Source of the DNA: Squalus acanthias
Taxonomy: Eukaryota
Direction of reading: 5' to 3'
Assembly (NCBI GenBank): GCA_030390025.1
Contig: CM059432.1
Coordinates: forward strand, 92,258,001 to 92,322,000
DNA: 64,000 bases
In this document: positions 1 through 13,400 of the stretch, piece after piece
Numbering within the stretch: position 1 is the first letter of the stretch
Layout of the letters: every line of letters begins with the position of its first letter
The notes under the pieces: model-generated
Told to the model about the DNA's origin: nothing
Databases searched by the model: none
Seen by the model: the letters and a program-made list of their open reading frames with translations, nothing else
Translations under genes and position numbers: made by a program

Positions 1-80
1 TGAAGGCACGGCCATCAATGGTTGAGTGATTAAAATCAGAGATGCTCAAGAGGCCAGAATTAGAGGAGCGCAGAGATCTC
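1..80 (-). mobile_element. L2-type LINE 3' fragment
   Basis: tgaaggcacggcc...gatgctcaagaggccagaattagaggagcgcagagatctc resembles the reverse complement of the L2 3' region common in fish and shark genomes (recognition from memory). Confidence 0.5.
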
Positions 81-704
81 TAGTACCTCCTCTTGATGAC
101 TTGTTGCTGCAAAAGCCTCCCGGACCATCACTCTTTCTGCAGTGTTATGCATGTTGTGAGAACATAGGTTTTCTGCCCCTTCCCACAGTGCATCTGAGGG
201 ATTGCAGGCTGGATTTAGGCAGCCTTCATGTCTCTCTACATTTAAGCTAGCTGAGCCTGCCAGTTACAGCAGGGTTACCGCCACAAGAGAAAGGCCTGCC
301 CCACCTCATTCTAGCAGCACAATGCCACACCCAGCCCAGAATACTCAATTAAACAATGGGTTTAAATTTCAATGGAAACACAAGGCCTCGAAATATTATA
401 GGTCAGTTGTCAACTTCCAGTTTCTGCCAAAATTACAACATTACAAAGATGACTAGTTTAAGGAAGATCGCACAGGGACTAACGGTTTCATAATTCATGG
501 AGTCATTGTGCCAGACTGTAAAGACCTTCATTTATACGGAGAAGCAGAATCTTGTCTGTACAGTGACCCATGGGGATCACAGAGTCTGCCTTCAGGAACA
601 CAATTACAGGTTTTTTTTGCTGAAACCGATGTTGAAGTCAGAGTTCATGTTTGTTTTATTTACTTTGTTATTGTGGTCACATTTGTGATTGGCAAATGTC
701 TTTG

Positions 705-805
705 CTACAAATGGAAAACTATGATGAAGGAAATAGAGGTAACCATGGCAACAGTGAGCAGCAGCACAGACAAAGTCCACATTAGATTTTTAAGATACCA
801 GTAAC
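705..805 (-). CDS. Candidate terminal coding exon encoding a C-terminal hydrophobic (TM or GPI-signal) tail
   Basis: Minus strand: acceptor tctcatgctttaag|, phase-1 frame (G)YWYLKNLMWTLSVLLLTVAMVTSISFIIVFHL*, stop at 707-705, AATAAA at 660-655; phase matches the donor at 1063. Confidence 0.4.
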
Positions 806-1062
806 CTTAAAGCATGAGATAAGCACTTGACACCACCCTGCAGTCTGTGGCCTTTACTTTAAATTATGCTGGATGTTGCTTGAATTCTTCCTTTGTTCAA
901 GAACCAGCACAGGGGAGCTGTGTTGTGATAAAAATCTATAGTTTATTTTTAAAATCTAACGTTGATTAATATATTAGAATTAAACAGAAACCTGAACATT
1001 CTCAGTTTAATCATTTTGGAGAAGCAGAACAAACACATATATCTTGTTCAGACAGTCTTTAC

Positions 1063-1198
1063 CTGCTTCGGTGCAGTTTCCTTTCTCGATGCAGACAGCC
1101 TGGCTGAAGGTGTTACCGATTTCGAGATATTGGAATTCCAAATAATCAGCAACATCCAAATATTTTATTATTAAACAGCAAAGGCAGGAGCTTCTGGT
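1063..1198 (-). CDS. Candidate penultimate exon (acceptor unresolved)
   Basis: Open frame ...YLDVADYLEFQYLEIGNTFSQAVCIEKGNCTEA ends at donor cag|gtaaag (1063/1062) in phase 1, in frame with 705-805; no convincing in-frame acceptor found. Confidence 0.25.
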
Positions 1199-1457
1199 TC
1201 AGCTTGGCTAGGAAAAGAATATTTGCTACATATCTTATGACGATCTCATGTAAACAAAGTGTTAGCTTTTTGAAACTGATTAGTGGTCTACAGTAAGATG
1301 TAATGTATATTTGTCTCATGTCTCGTGTTCATAATAAGTCAGCACCAGTGTCCTTTCAACCTTCATAAAGTAGTCTGTTGCAGGCCATTGTATATTGATG
1401 GCCTGCAAGAGATGGGGGACTGCTGGATAACTGCAAGAGCCCCTGTTTCTGTTAGTA

Positions 1458-4400
1458 TCTGTATTAGTACTGGATTAGTGCTGTTTCTATATTAGTGCTG
1501 GATTAGTGCTGTTTCTGTATTTGTGCTGGATTAGTGCTGTTTCTGTATTTGTGTTGGATTAGTGCTGTTTCTGTATTTGTGCTGGATTAGTGCTGTTTCT
1601 GTATTCGTGCTGGATTAATGCTGTTTCTGTATTCGTGCTGGATTAGTGCTGTTTCTGTATTTGTGCTGGATTAGTGCTGTTTCTGTATTTGTGCTGGATT
1701 AGTGCTGTTTCTGTATTCGTGCTGGATTAATGCTGTTTCTGTATTCGTGCTGGATTAGTGCTGTTTCTGTATTCGTGCTGGATTAATGCTGTTTCTGTAT
1801 TCGTGCTGGATTAGTGCTGTTTCTGTATTCGTGCTGGATTAATGCTGTTTCTGTATTTGTGCTGGATTAATGCTGTTTCTGTATTTGCGCTGGATTAATG
1901 CTGTTTCTGTATTCGTGCTGGATTAGTGCTGTTTCTGTATTCATGCTGGATTAATGCTGTTTCTGTATTCATGCTGGATTAATGCTGTTTCTGTATTTGT
2001 GCTGGATTAGTGCTGTTTCTGTATTTGTGCTGGATTAGTGCTGTTTCTGTATTCGTGCTGGATTAATGCTGTTTCTGTATTCATGCTGGATTAATGCTGT
2101 TTCTGTATTTGTGCTGGATTAATGCTGTTTCTGTATTTGTGCTGGATTAATGCTGTTTCTGTATTCGTGCTGGATTAATGCTGTTTCTGTATTTGTGCTG
2201 GATTAGTGCTGTTTCTGTATTCGTGCTGGATTAATGCTGTTTCTGTATTCGTGCTGGATTAATGCTGTTTCTGTATTTGTGCTGGATTAATGCTGTTTCT
2301 GTATTTGTGCTGGATTAGTGCTGTTTCTGTATTCGTGTTGGATTAATGCTGTTTCTGTATTCATGCTGGATTAATGCTGTTTCTGTATTCATGCTGGATT
2401 AATGCTGTTTCTGTATTTGTGCTGGATTAGTGCTGTTTCTGTATTTGTGCTGGATTAGTGCTGTTTCTGTATTCGTGCTGGATTAATGCTGTTTCTGTAT
2501 TCATGCTGGATTAATGCTGTTTCTGTATTTGTGCTGGATTAATGCTGTTTCTGTATTTGTGCTGGATTAGTGCTGTTTCTGTATTTGTGCTGGATTAGTG
2601 CTGTTTCTGTATTCGTGCTGGATTAATGCTGTTTCTGTATTTGTGCTGGATTAATGCTGTTTCTGTATTCGTGCTGGATTAATGCTGTTTCTGTATTTGT
2701 GCTGGATTAGTGCTGTTTCTGTATTCGTGCTGGATTAATGCTGTTTCTGTATTCGTGCTGGATTAATGCTGTTTCTGTATTTGTGCTGGATTAATGCTGT
2801 TTCTGTATTTGTGCTGGATTAGTGCTGTTTCTGTATTCGTGTTGGATTAATGCTGTTTCTGTATTCATGCTGGATTAATGCTGTTTCTGTATTTGTGCTG
2901 GATTAGTGCTGTTTCTGTATTCATGCTGGATTAATGCTGTTTCTGTATTCGTGCTGGATTAATGCTGTTTCTGTATTCGCACTGGATTAATGCTGTTTCT
3001 GTATTCATGCTGGATTAGTGCTGTTTCTGTATTTGTGCTGGATTAATGCTGTTTCTGTATTCGCACTGGATTAATGCTGTTTCTGTATTCATGCTGGATT
3101 AGTGCTGTTTCTGTATTCGTGCTGGATTAGTGCTGTTTCTGTATTCATGCTGGATTAGTGCTGTTTCTGTATTTGTGCTGGATTAATGCTGTTTCTGTAT
3201 TCGTGCTGGATTAATGCTGTTTCTGTATTTGTGCTGGATTAATGCTGTTTCTGTATTCGTGCTGGATTAATGCTGTTTCTGTATTTGTGCTGGATTAATG
3301 CTGTTTCTGTATTCATGCTGGATTAGTGCTGTTTCTGTATTCATGCTGGATTAGTGCTGTTTCTGTATTTGTGCTGGATTAGTGCTGTTTCTGTATTTGT
3401 GCTGGATTAATGCTGTTTCTGTATTCATGCTGGATTAGTGCTGTTTCTGTATTTGTGCTGGATTAATGCTGTTTCTGTATTTGTGCTGGATTAGTGCTGT
3501 TTCTGTATTCATGCTGGATTAGTGCTGTTTCTGTATTTGTGCTGGATTAATGCTGTTTCTGTATTTGTGCTGGATTAATGCTGTTTCTGTATTTGTGCTG
3601 GATTAATGCTGTTTCTGTATTTGTGCTGGATTAATGCTGTTTCTGTATTCATGCTGGATTAATGCTGTTTCTGTATTTGTGCTGGATTAATGCTGTTTCT
3701 GTATTTGTGCTGGATTAATGCTGTTTCTGTATTTGTGCTGGATTAATGCTGTTTCTGTATTTGTGCTGGATTAATGCTGTTTCTGTATTTGTGCTGGATT
3801 AGTGCTGTTTCTGTATTCGTGCTGGATTAATGCTGTTTCTGTATTCGTGCTGGATTAATGCTGTTTCTGTATTCATGCTGGATTAATCCTGTTTCTGTAT
3901 TTGTGCTGGATTAGTGCTGTTTCTGTATTCATGCTGGATTAATGCTGTTTCTGTATTTGTGCTGGATTAATGCTGTTTCTGTATTCGTGCTGGATTAGTG
4001 CTGTTTCTGTATTCATGCTGGATTAATGCTGTTTCTGTATTTGTGCTGGATTAATGCTGTTTCTGTATTCATGCTGGATTAGTGCTGTTTCTGTATTCAT
4101 GCTGGATTAATGCTGTTTCTGTATTCATGCTGGATTAGTGCTGTTTCTGTATTCGTGCTGGATTAGTGCTGTTTCTGTATTTGTGCTGGATTAGTGCTGT
4201 TTCTGTATTTGTGCTGGATTAGTGCTGTTTCTGTATTTGTGCTGGATTAGTGCTGTTTCTGTATTCGTGCTGGATTAATGCTGTTTCTGTATTTGTGCTG
4301 GATTAGTGCTGTTTCTGTATTTGTGCTGGATTAATGCTGTTTCTGTATTTGTGCTGGATTAGTGCTGTTTCTGTATTCGTGCTGGATTAATGCTGTTTCT

Positions 4401-7400
4401 GTATTTGTGCTGGATTAGTGCTGTTTCTGTATTTGTGCTGGATTAGTGCTGTTTCTGTATTTGTGCTGGATTAGTGCTCTTTCTGTATTTGTGCTGGATT
4501 AATGCTGTTTCTGTATTCGTGCTGGATTAATGCTGTTTCTGTATTCATGCTGGATTAGTGCTGTTTCTGTATTCATGCTGGATTAATGCTGTTTCTGTAT
4601 TTGTGCTGGATTAATGCTGTTTCTGTATTCATGCTGGATTAGTGCTGTTTCTGTATTCATGCTGGATTAGTGCTGTTTCTGTATTCGTGCTGGATTAGTG
4701 CTGTTTCTGTATTCGTGCTGGATTAGTGCTGTTTCTGTATTCATGCTGGATTAATGCTGTTTCTGTATTTGTGCTGGATTAATGCTGTTTCTGTATTTGT
4801 GCTGGATTAATGCTGTTTCTGTATTCATGCTGGATTAGTGCTGTTTCTGTATTCATGCTGGATTAATGCTGTTTCTGTATTTGTGCTGGATTAATGCTGT
4901 TTCTGTATTTGTGCTGGATTAGTGCTGTTTCTGTATTTGTGCTGGATTAGTGCTGTTTCTGTATTCGTGCTGGATTAATGCTGTTTCTGTATTCATGCTG
5001 GATTAGTGCTGTTTCTGTATTCGTGCTGGATTAGTGCTGTTTCTGTATTCATGCTGGATTAATGCTGTTTCTGTATTTGTGCTGGATTAATGCTGTTTCT
5101 GTATTTGTGCTGGATTAGTGCTGTTTCTGTATTTGTGCTGGATTAATGCTGTTTCTGTATTTGTGCTGGATTAATGCTGTTTCTGTATTTGTGCTGGATT
5201 AATGCTGTTTCTGTATTTGTGCTGGATTAGTGCTGTTTCTGTATTCGTGCTGGATTAGTGCTGTTTCTGTATTCATGCTGGATTAATGCTGTTTCTGTAT
5301 TCATGCTGGATTAGTGCTGTTTCTGTATTCGTGCTGGATTAATGCTGTTTCTGTATTCATGCTGGATTAGTGCTGTTTCTGTATTCATGCTGGATTAATG
5401 CTGTTTCTGTATTCATGCTGGATTAGTGCTGTTTCTGTATTCATGCTGGATTAATGCTGTTTCTGTATTCATGCTGGATTAGTGCTGTTTCTGTATTCGT
5501 GCTGGATTAGTGCTGTTTCTGAATTCGTGCTGGATTAATGCTGTTTCTGTATTCGTGCTGGATTAATGCTGTTTCTATATTTGTGCTGGATTAATGCTGT
5601 TTCTGTATTTGTGCTGGATTAATGCTGTTTCTGTATTTGTGCTGGATTAATGCTGTTTCTGTATTCATGCTGGATTAGTGCTGTTTCTGTATTCGTGCTG
5701 GATTAGTGCTGTTTCTGTATTCGTGCTGGATTAGTGCTGTTTCTGTATTTGTGCTGGATTAATGCTGTTTCTGTATTCATGCTGGATTAGTGCTGTTTCT
5801 GTATTTGTGCTGGATTAATGCTGTTTCTGTATTCATGCTGGATTAGTGCTGTTTCTGTATTTGTGCTGGATTAGTGCTGTTTCTGTATTCATGCTGGATT
5901 AATGCTGTTTCTCTATTCGTGCTGGATTAGTGCTGTTTCTGTATTCATGCTGGATTAATGCTGTTTCTGTATTCGTGCTGGATTAGTGCTGTTTCTGTAT
6001 TCGTGCTGGATTAATGCTGTTTCTGTATTTGTGCTGGATTAATGCTGTTTCTGTATTTGTGCTGGATTAGTGCTGTTTCTGTATTCATGCTGGATTAATG
6101 CTGTTTCTGTATTTGTGCTGGATTAGTGCTGTTTCTGTATTCATGCTGGATTAATGCTGTTTCTGTATTCATGCTGGATTAATGCTGTTTCTGTATTCAT
6201 GCTGGATTAGTGCTGTTTCTGTATTCGTGCTGGATTAGTGCTGTTTCTGTATTCATGCTGGATTAGTGCTGTTTCTGTATTCGTGCTGGATTAGTGCTGT
6301 TTCTGTATTCGTGCTGGATTAGTGCTGTTTCTGTATTTGTGCTGGATTAATGCTGTTTCTGTATTTGTGCTGGATTAGTGCTGTTTCTGTATTTGTGCTG
6401 GATTAGTGCTGTTTCTATATTTGTGCTGGATTAATGCTGTTTCTCTATTTGTGCTGGATTAGTGCTGTTTCTGTATTCGTGCTGGATTAATGCTGTTTAG
6501 ATATTCGTGCTGGATTAATGCTGTTTCTGTATTTGTGCTGGATTAGTGCTGTTTCTGTATTTGTGCTGGATTAATGCTGTTTCTGTATTTGTGCTGGATT
6601 AGTGCTGTTTCTGTATTTGTGCTGGATTAATGCTGTTTCTGTATTTGTGCTGGATTAGTGCTGTTTCTGTATTCGTGCTGGATTAATGCTGTTTAGATAT
6701 TCGTGCTGGATTAATGCTGTTTCTATATTTGTGCTGGATTAGTGTTGTTTCTGTATTCATGCTGGATTAATGCTGTTTAGATATTTGTGCTGGATTAGTG
6801 CTGTTTCTATATTCGTGCTGGATTAATGCTGTTTCTATATTCGTGCTGGATTAATGCTGTTTCTATATTCGTGCTGGATTAATGCTGTTTCTATATTCGT
6901 GCTGGATTAATGCTGTTTCTGTATTTGTGCTGGATTAATGCTGTTTCTATATTCGTGCTGGATTCATGCTGTTTCTGTATTTGTGCTGGATTAATGCTGT
7001 TTCTGTATTCATGCTGGATTAATGCTGTTTCTGTATTCGCACTGGATTAATGCTGTTTCTGTATTCATGCTGGATTAATGCTGTTTCTGTATTCATGCTG
7101 GATTAGTGCTGTTTCTGTATTCGCACTGGATTAATGCTGTTTCTGTATTCATGCTGGATTAGTGCTGTTTCTGTATTTGTGCTGGATTAATGCTGTTTCT
7201 GTATTCGTGCTGGATTAATGCTGTTTCTGTATTCGTGCTGGATTAATGCTGTTTCTGTATTCATGCTGGATTAGTGCTGTTTCTGTATTCGCACTGGATT
7301 AATGCTGTTTCTGTATTCATGCTGGATTAGTGCTGTTTCTGTATTTGTGCTGGATTAATGCTGTTTCTGTATTCGTGCTGGATTAATGCTGTTTCTGTAT

Positions 7401-10400
7401 TTGTGCTGGATTAATGCTGTTTCTGTATTCGTGCTGGATTAATGCTGTTTCTGTATTTGTGCTGGATTAATGCTGTTTCTGTATTTGTGCTGGATTAATG
7501 CTGTTTCTGTATTTGTGCTGGATTAATGCTGTTTCTGTATTTGTGCTGGATTAATGCTGTTTCTGTATTTGTGCTGGATTAATGCTGTTTCTGTATTCGT
7601 GCTGGATTAATGCTGTTTCTGTATTCGTGCTGGATTAGTGCTGTTTCTGTATTTGTGCTGGATTAATGCTGTTTCTGTATTTGTGCTGGATTAATGCTGT
7701 TTCTGTATTCGTGCTGGATTAGTGCTGTTTCTGTATTTGTGCTGGATTAATGCTGTTTCTGTATTCGTGCTGGATTAGTGCTGTTTCTGTATTTGTGCTG
7801 GATTAATGCTGTTTCTGTATTTGTGCTGGATTAGTGCTGTTTCTGTATTTGTGCTGGATTAGTGCTGTTTCTGTATTCATGCTGGATTAATGCTGTTTCT
7901 GTATTTGTGCTGGATTAATGCTGTTTCTGTATTTGTGCTGGATTAATGCTGTTTCTATATTCGTGCTGGATTAGTGCTGTTTCTGTATTTGTGCTGGATT
8001 AATGCTGTTTCTGTATTTGTGCTGGATTAATGCTGTTTCTGTATTCGTGCTGGATTAGTGCTGTTTCTGTATTTGTGCTGGATTAATGCTGTTTCTGTAT
8101 TTGTGCTGGATTAATGCTGTTTCTGTATTCGTGCTGGATTAATGCTGTTTCTGTATTTGTGCTGGATTAATGCTGTTTCTGTATTTGTGCTGGATTAATG
8201 CTGTTTCTGTATTTGTGCTGGATTAATGCTGTTTCTGTATTCGTGCTGGATTAGTGCTGTTTCTGTATTTGTGCTGGATTAGTGCTGTTTCTGTATTTGT
8301 GCTGGATTAATGCTGTTTCTGTATTCGTGCTGGATTAGTGCTGTTTCTGTATTTGTGCTGGATTAATGCTGTTTCTGTATTCGTGCTGGATTAGTGCTGT
8401 TTCTGTATTTGTGCTGGATTAGTGCTGTTTCTGTATTTGTGCTGGATTAGTGCTGTTTCTGTATTTGTGCTGGATTAATGCTGTTTCTGTATTTGTGCTG
8501 GATTAATGCTGTTTCTGTATTCATGCTGGATTAATGCTGTTTCTGTATTCGTGCTGGATTAGTGCTGTTTCTGTATTTGTGCTGGATTAATGCTGTTTCT
8601 GTATTCGTGCTGGATTAGTGCTGTTTCTGTATTGATGCTGGATTAATGCTGTTTCTGTATTCGTGCTGGATTAGTGCTGTTTCTGTATTCATGCTGGATT
8701 AATGCTGTTTCTGTATTCGTGCTGGATTAGTGCTGTTTCTGCATTCATGCTGGATTAGTGCTGTTTCTGTATTCATGCTGGATTAATGCTGTTTCTGTAT
8801 TCGTGCTGGATTAGTGCTGTTTCTGTATTCATGCTGGATTAGTGCTGTTTCTGTATTCATGCTGGATTAATGCTGTTTCTGTATTTGTGCTGGATTAGTG
8901 CTGTTTCTGTATTTGTGCTGGATTAATGCTGTTTCTGTATTTGTGCTGGATTAGTGCTGTTTCTGCATTTGTGCTGGATTAGTGCTGTTTCTGTATTTGT
9001 GCTGGATTAATGCTGTTTCTGTATTTGTGCTGGATTAGTGCTGTTTCTGTATTCGTGCTGGATTAATGCTGTTTCTGTATTTGTGCTGGATTAATGCTGT
9101 TTAGATATTCGTGCTGGATTAATGCTGTTTCTATATTTGTGCTGGATTAGTGTTGTTTCTGTATTCATGCTGGATTAATGCTGTTTAGATATTTGTGCTG
9201 GATTAGTGCTGTTTCTATATTCGTGCTGGATTAATGCTGTTTCTATATTCGTGCTGGATTAATGCTGTTTCTATATTCGTGCTGGATTAATGCTGTTTCT
9301 ATATTCGTTCTGGATTAATGCTGTTTCTATATTCGTGCTGGATAAATGCTGTTTCTGTATTTGTGCTGGATTAATGCTGTTTCTGTATTTGTGCTGGATT
9401 AATGCTGTTTCTGTATTCATGCTGGATTAATGCTGTTTCTGTATTCGTGCTGGATTAGTGCTGTTTCTGTATTTGTGCTGGATTAATGCTGTTTCTGTAT
9501 TTGTGCTGGATTAATGCTGTTTCTGTATTCATGCTGGATTAATGCTGTTTCTGTATTCGTGCTGGATTAATGCTGTTTCTGTATTTGTGCTGGATTAATG
9601 CTGTTTCTGTATTTGTGCTGGATTAATGCTGTTTCTGTATTCATGCTGGATTAATGCTGTTTCTGTATTCGTGCTGGATTAGTGCTGTTTCTGTATTTGT
9701 GCTGGATTAATGCTGTTTCTGTATTTGTGCTGGATTAATGCTGTTTCTGTATTCGTGCTGGATTAATGCTGTTTCTGTATTTGTGCTGGATTAATGCTGT
9801 TTCTGTATTCATGCTGGATTAGTGCTGTTTCTGTATTTGTGCTGGATTAATGCTGTTTCTGTATTCGTGCTGGATTAATGCTGTTTCTGTATTCATGCTG
9901 GATTAGTGCTGTTTCTGTATTCATGCTGGATTAATGCTGTTTCTGTATTCATGCTGGATTAGTGCTGTTTCTGTATTCGCACTGGATTAATGCTGTTTCT
10001 GTATTCATGCTGGATTAGTGCTGTTTCTGTATTTGTGCTGGATTAATGCTGTTTCTGTATTCGTGCTGGATTAATGCTGTTTCTGTATTCGTGCTGGATT
10101 AATGCTGTTTCTGTATTTGTGCTGGATTAATGCTGTTTCTGTATTCGTGCTGGATTAATGCTGTTTCTGTATTTGTGCTGGATTAGTGCTGTTTCTGTAT
10201 TCGTGCTGGATTAATGCTGTTTCTGTATTTGTGCTGGATTAATGCTGTTTCTGTATTCGTGCTGGATTAATGCTGTTTCTGTATTCGTGCTGGATTAATG
10301 CTGTTTCTGTATTTGTGCTGGATTAATGCTGTTTCTGTATTTGTGCTGGATTAATGCTGTTTCTGTATTTGTGCTGGATTAATGCTGTTTCTGTATTTGT

Positions 10401-13400
10401 GCTGGATTAATGCTGTTTCTGTATTCGTGCTGGATTAATGCTGTTTCTGTATTCGTGCTGGATTAATGCTGTTTCTGTATTCGTGCTGGATTAGTGCTGT
10501 TTCTGTATTCGTGCTGGATTAATGCTGTTTCTGTATTCGTGCTGGATTAATGCTGTTTCTGTATTCGTGCTGGATTAATGCTGTTTCTGTATTCGTGCTG
10601 GATTAATGCTGTTTCTGTATTCGTGCTGGATTAGTGCTGTTTCTGTATTTGTGCTGGATTAATGCTGTTTCTGTATTCGTGCTTGATTAGTGCTGTTTCT
10701 GTATTGATGCTGGATTAATGCTGTTTCTGTATTCGTGCTGGATTAGTGCTGTTTCTGTATTCATGCTGGATTAATGCTGTTTCTGTATTCGTGCTGGATT
10801 AGTGCTGTTTCTGTATTCATGCTGGATTAGTGCTGTTTCTGTATTCATGCTGGATTAATGCTGTTTCTGTATTCATGCTGGATTAATGCTGTTTCTGTAT
10901 TCGTGCTGGATTAGTGCTGTTTCTGTATTCATGCTGGATTAATGCTGTTTCTGTATTCATGCTGGATTAATGCTGTTTCTGTATTCATGCTGGATTAATG
11001 CTGTTTCTGTATTCGTGCTGGATTAATGCTGTTTCTGTATTTGTGCTGGATTAATGCTGTTTCTGTATTCGTGCTGGATTAATGCTGTTTCTGTATTCGT
11101 GCTGGATTAATGCTGTTTCTGTATTCGTGCTGGATTAGTGCTGTTTCTGTATTCGTGCTGGATTAATGCTGTTTCTGTATTCGTGCTGGATTAATGCTGT
11201 TTCTGTATTCGTGCTGGATTAATGCTGTTTCTGTATTCGTGCTGGATTAATGCTGTTTCTGTATTCGTGCTGGATTAGTGCTGTTTCTGTATTTGTGCTG
11301 GATTAATGCTGTTTCTGTATTCGTGCTTGATTAGTGCTGTTTCTGTATTCGTGCTGGATTATGCTGTTTCTGTATTCGTGCTGGATTAGTGCTGTTTCTG
11401 TATTCGTGCTGGATTAATGCTGTTTCTGTATTCGTGCTGGATTAATGCTGTTTCTGTATTCGTGCTGGATTAATGCTGTTTCTGTATTCGTGCTGGATTA
11501 ATGCTGTTTCTGTATTCGTGCTGGATTAGTGCTGTTTCTGTATTTGTGCTGGATTAATGCTGTTTCTGTATTCGTGCTTGATTAGTGCTGTTTCTGTATT
11601 CGTGCTGGATTAATGCTGTTTCTGTATTCGTGCTTGATTAGTGCTGTTTCTGTATTCGTGCTGGATTAGTGCTGTTTCTGTATTCATGCTGGATTAATGC
11701 TGTTTCTGTATTCATGCTGGATTAATGCTGTTTCTGTATTCGTGCTGGATTAGTGCTGTTTCTGTATTTGTGCTGGATTAATGCTGTTTCTGTATTTGTG
11801 CTGGATTAATGCTGTTTCTGTATTTGTGCTGGATTAATGCTGTTTCTGTATTTGTGCTGGATTAATGCTGTTTCTGTATTTGTGCTGGATTAATGCTGTT
11901 TCTGTATTCATGCTGGATTAATGCTGTTTCTGTATTCATGCTGGATTAATGCTGTTTCTGTATTCGTGCTGGATTAGTGCTGTTTCTGTATTCATGCTGG
12001 ATTAATGCTGTTTCTGTATTCATGCTGGATTAATGCTGTTTCTATATTCGTGCTGGATTAATGCTGTTTCTATATTCGTGCTGGATTAATGCTGTTTCTG
12101 TATTCGTGCTGGATTATTGCTGTTTCTGTATTTGTGCTGGATTAGTGCTGTTTCTGTATTCGTGCTGGATTAATGCTGTTTCTCTATTCGTGCTGGATTA
12201 ATGCTGTTTCTCTATTCGTGCTGGATTAATGCTGTTTCTGTATTTGTGCTGGATTAGTGCTGTTTCTGTATTCGTGCTGGATTAATGCTGTTTCTGTATT
12301 TGTGCTGGATTAATGCTGTTTCTGTATTCATGCTGGATTAGTGCTGTTTCTGTATTCATGCTGGATTAATGCTGTTTCTGTATTCGTGCTGGATTAGTGC
12401 TGTTTCTGTATTTGTGCTGGATTAGTGCTGTTTCTGTATTCGTGCTGGATTAATGCTGTTTCTGTATTCGTGCTGGATTAATGCTGTTTCTGTATTTGTG
12501 CTGGATTAGTGCTGTTTCTGTATTCATGCTGGATTAATGCTGTTTCTGTATTCGTGCTGGATGAGTGCTGTTTCTGTATTCGTGCTGGATTAATGCTGTT
12601 TCTGTATTCATGCTGGATTAATGCTGTTTCTGTATTCGTGCTGGATTAGTGCTGTTTCTGTATTCTTGCTGGATTAATGCTGTTTCTGTATTCGTGCTGG
12701 ATTAATGCTGTTTCTGTATTTGTGCTGGATTAGTGCTGTTTCTGTATTCATGCTGGATTAATGCTGTTTCTGTATTTGTGCTGGATTAATGCTGTTTCTG
12801 TATTCGTGCTGGATTAGTGCTGTTTCTGTATTTGTGCTGGATTAATGCTGTTTCTGTATTCGTGCTGGATTAGTGCTGTTTCTGTATTCGTGCTGGATTA
12901 ATCTGTTTCTGTATTTGTGCTGGATTAGTGCTGTTTCTGTATTCGTGCTGGATTAGTGCTGTTTCTGTATTTGTGCTGGATTAATGCTGTTTCTGTATTC
13001 GTGCTGGATTAATGCTGTTTCTGTATTTGTGCTGGATTAATGCTGTTTCTGTATTCGTGCTGGATTAGTGCTGTTTCTGTATTCGTGCTGGATTAGTGCT
13101 GTTTCTGTATTTGTGCTGGATTAATGCTGTTTCTGTATTCGTGCTGGATTAGTGCTGTTTCTGTATTTGTGCTGGATTAGTGCTGTTTCTGTATTCGTGC
13201 TGGATTAATGCTGTTTCTGTATTCGTGCTGGATTAGTGCTGTTTCTGTATTCGTGCTGGATTAGTGCTGTTTCTGTATTCGTGCTGGATTAATGCTGTTT
13301 CTGTATTCGTGCTGGATTAATGCTGTTTCTGTATTTGTGCTGGATTAGTGCTGTTTCTGTATTCGTGTTGGATTAATGCTGTTTCTGTATTGGTGCTGGA

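Noticed and set aside
1384..1490. Loose spacing resemblance of the reconstructed peptide (G..E....W...C...F....WI) to a TMEM260 segment, and of VCIEKGNCTEA to hyaluronidase C-termini
   Set aside because: Only a few residues match from memory and neighbouring exons do not extend the match; no gene symbol assigned
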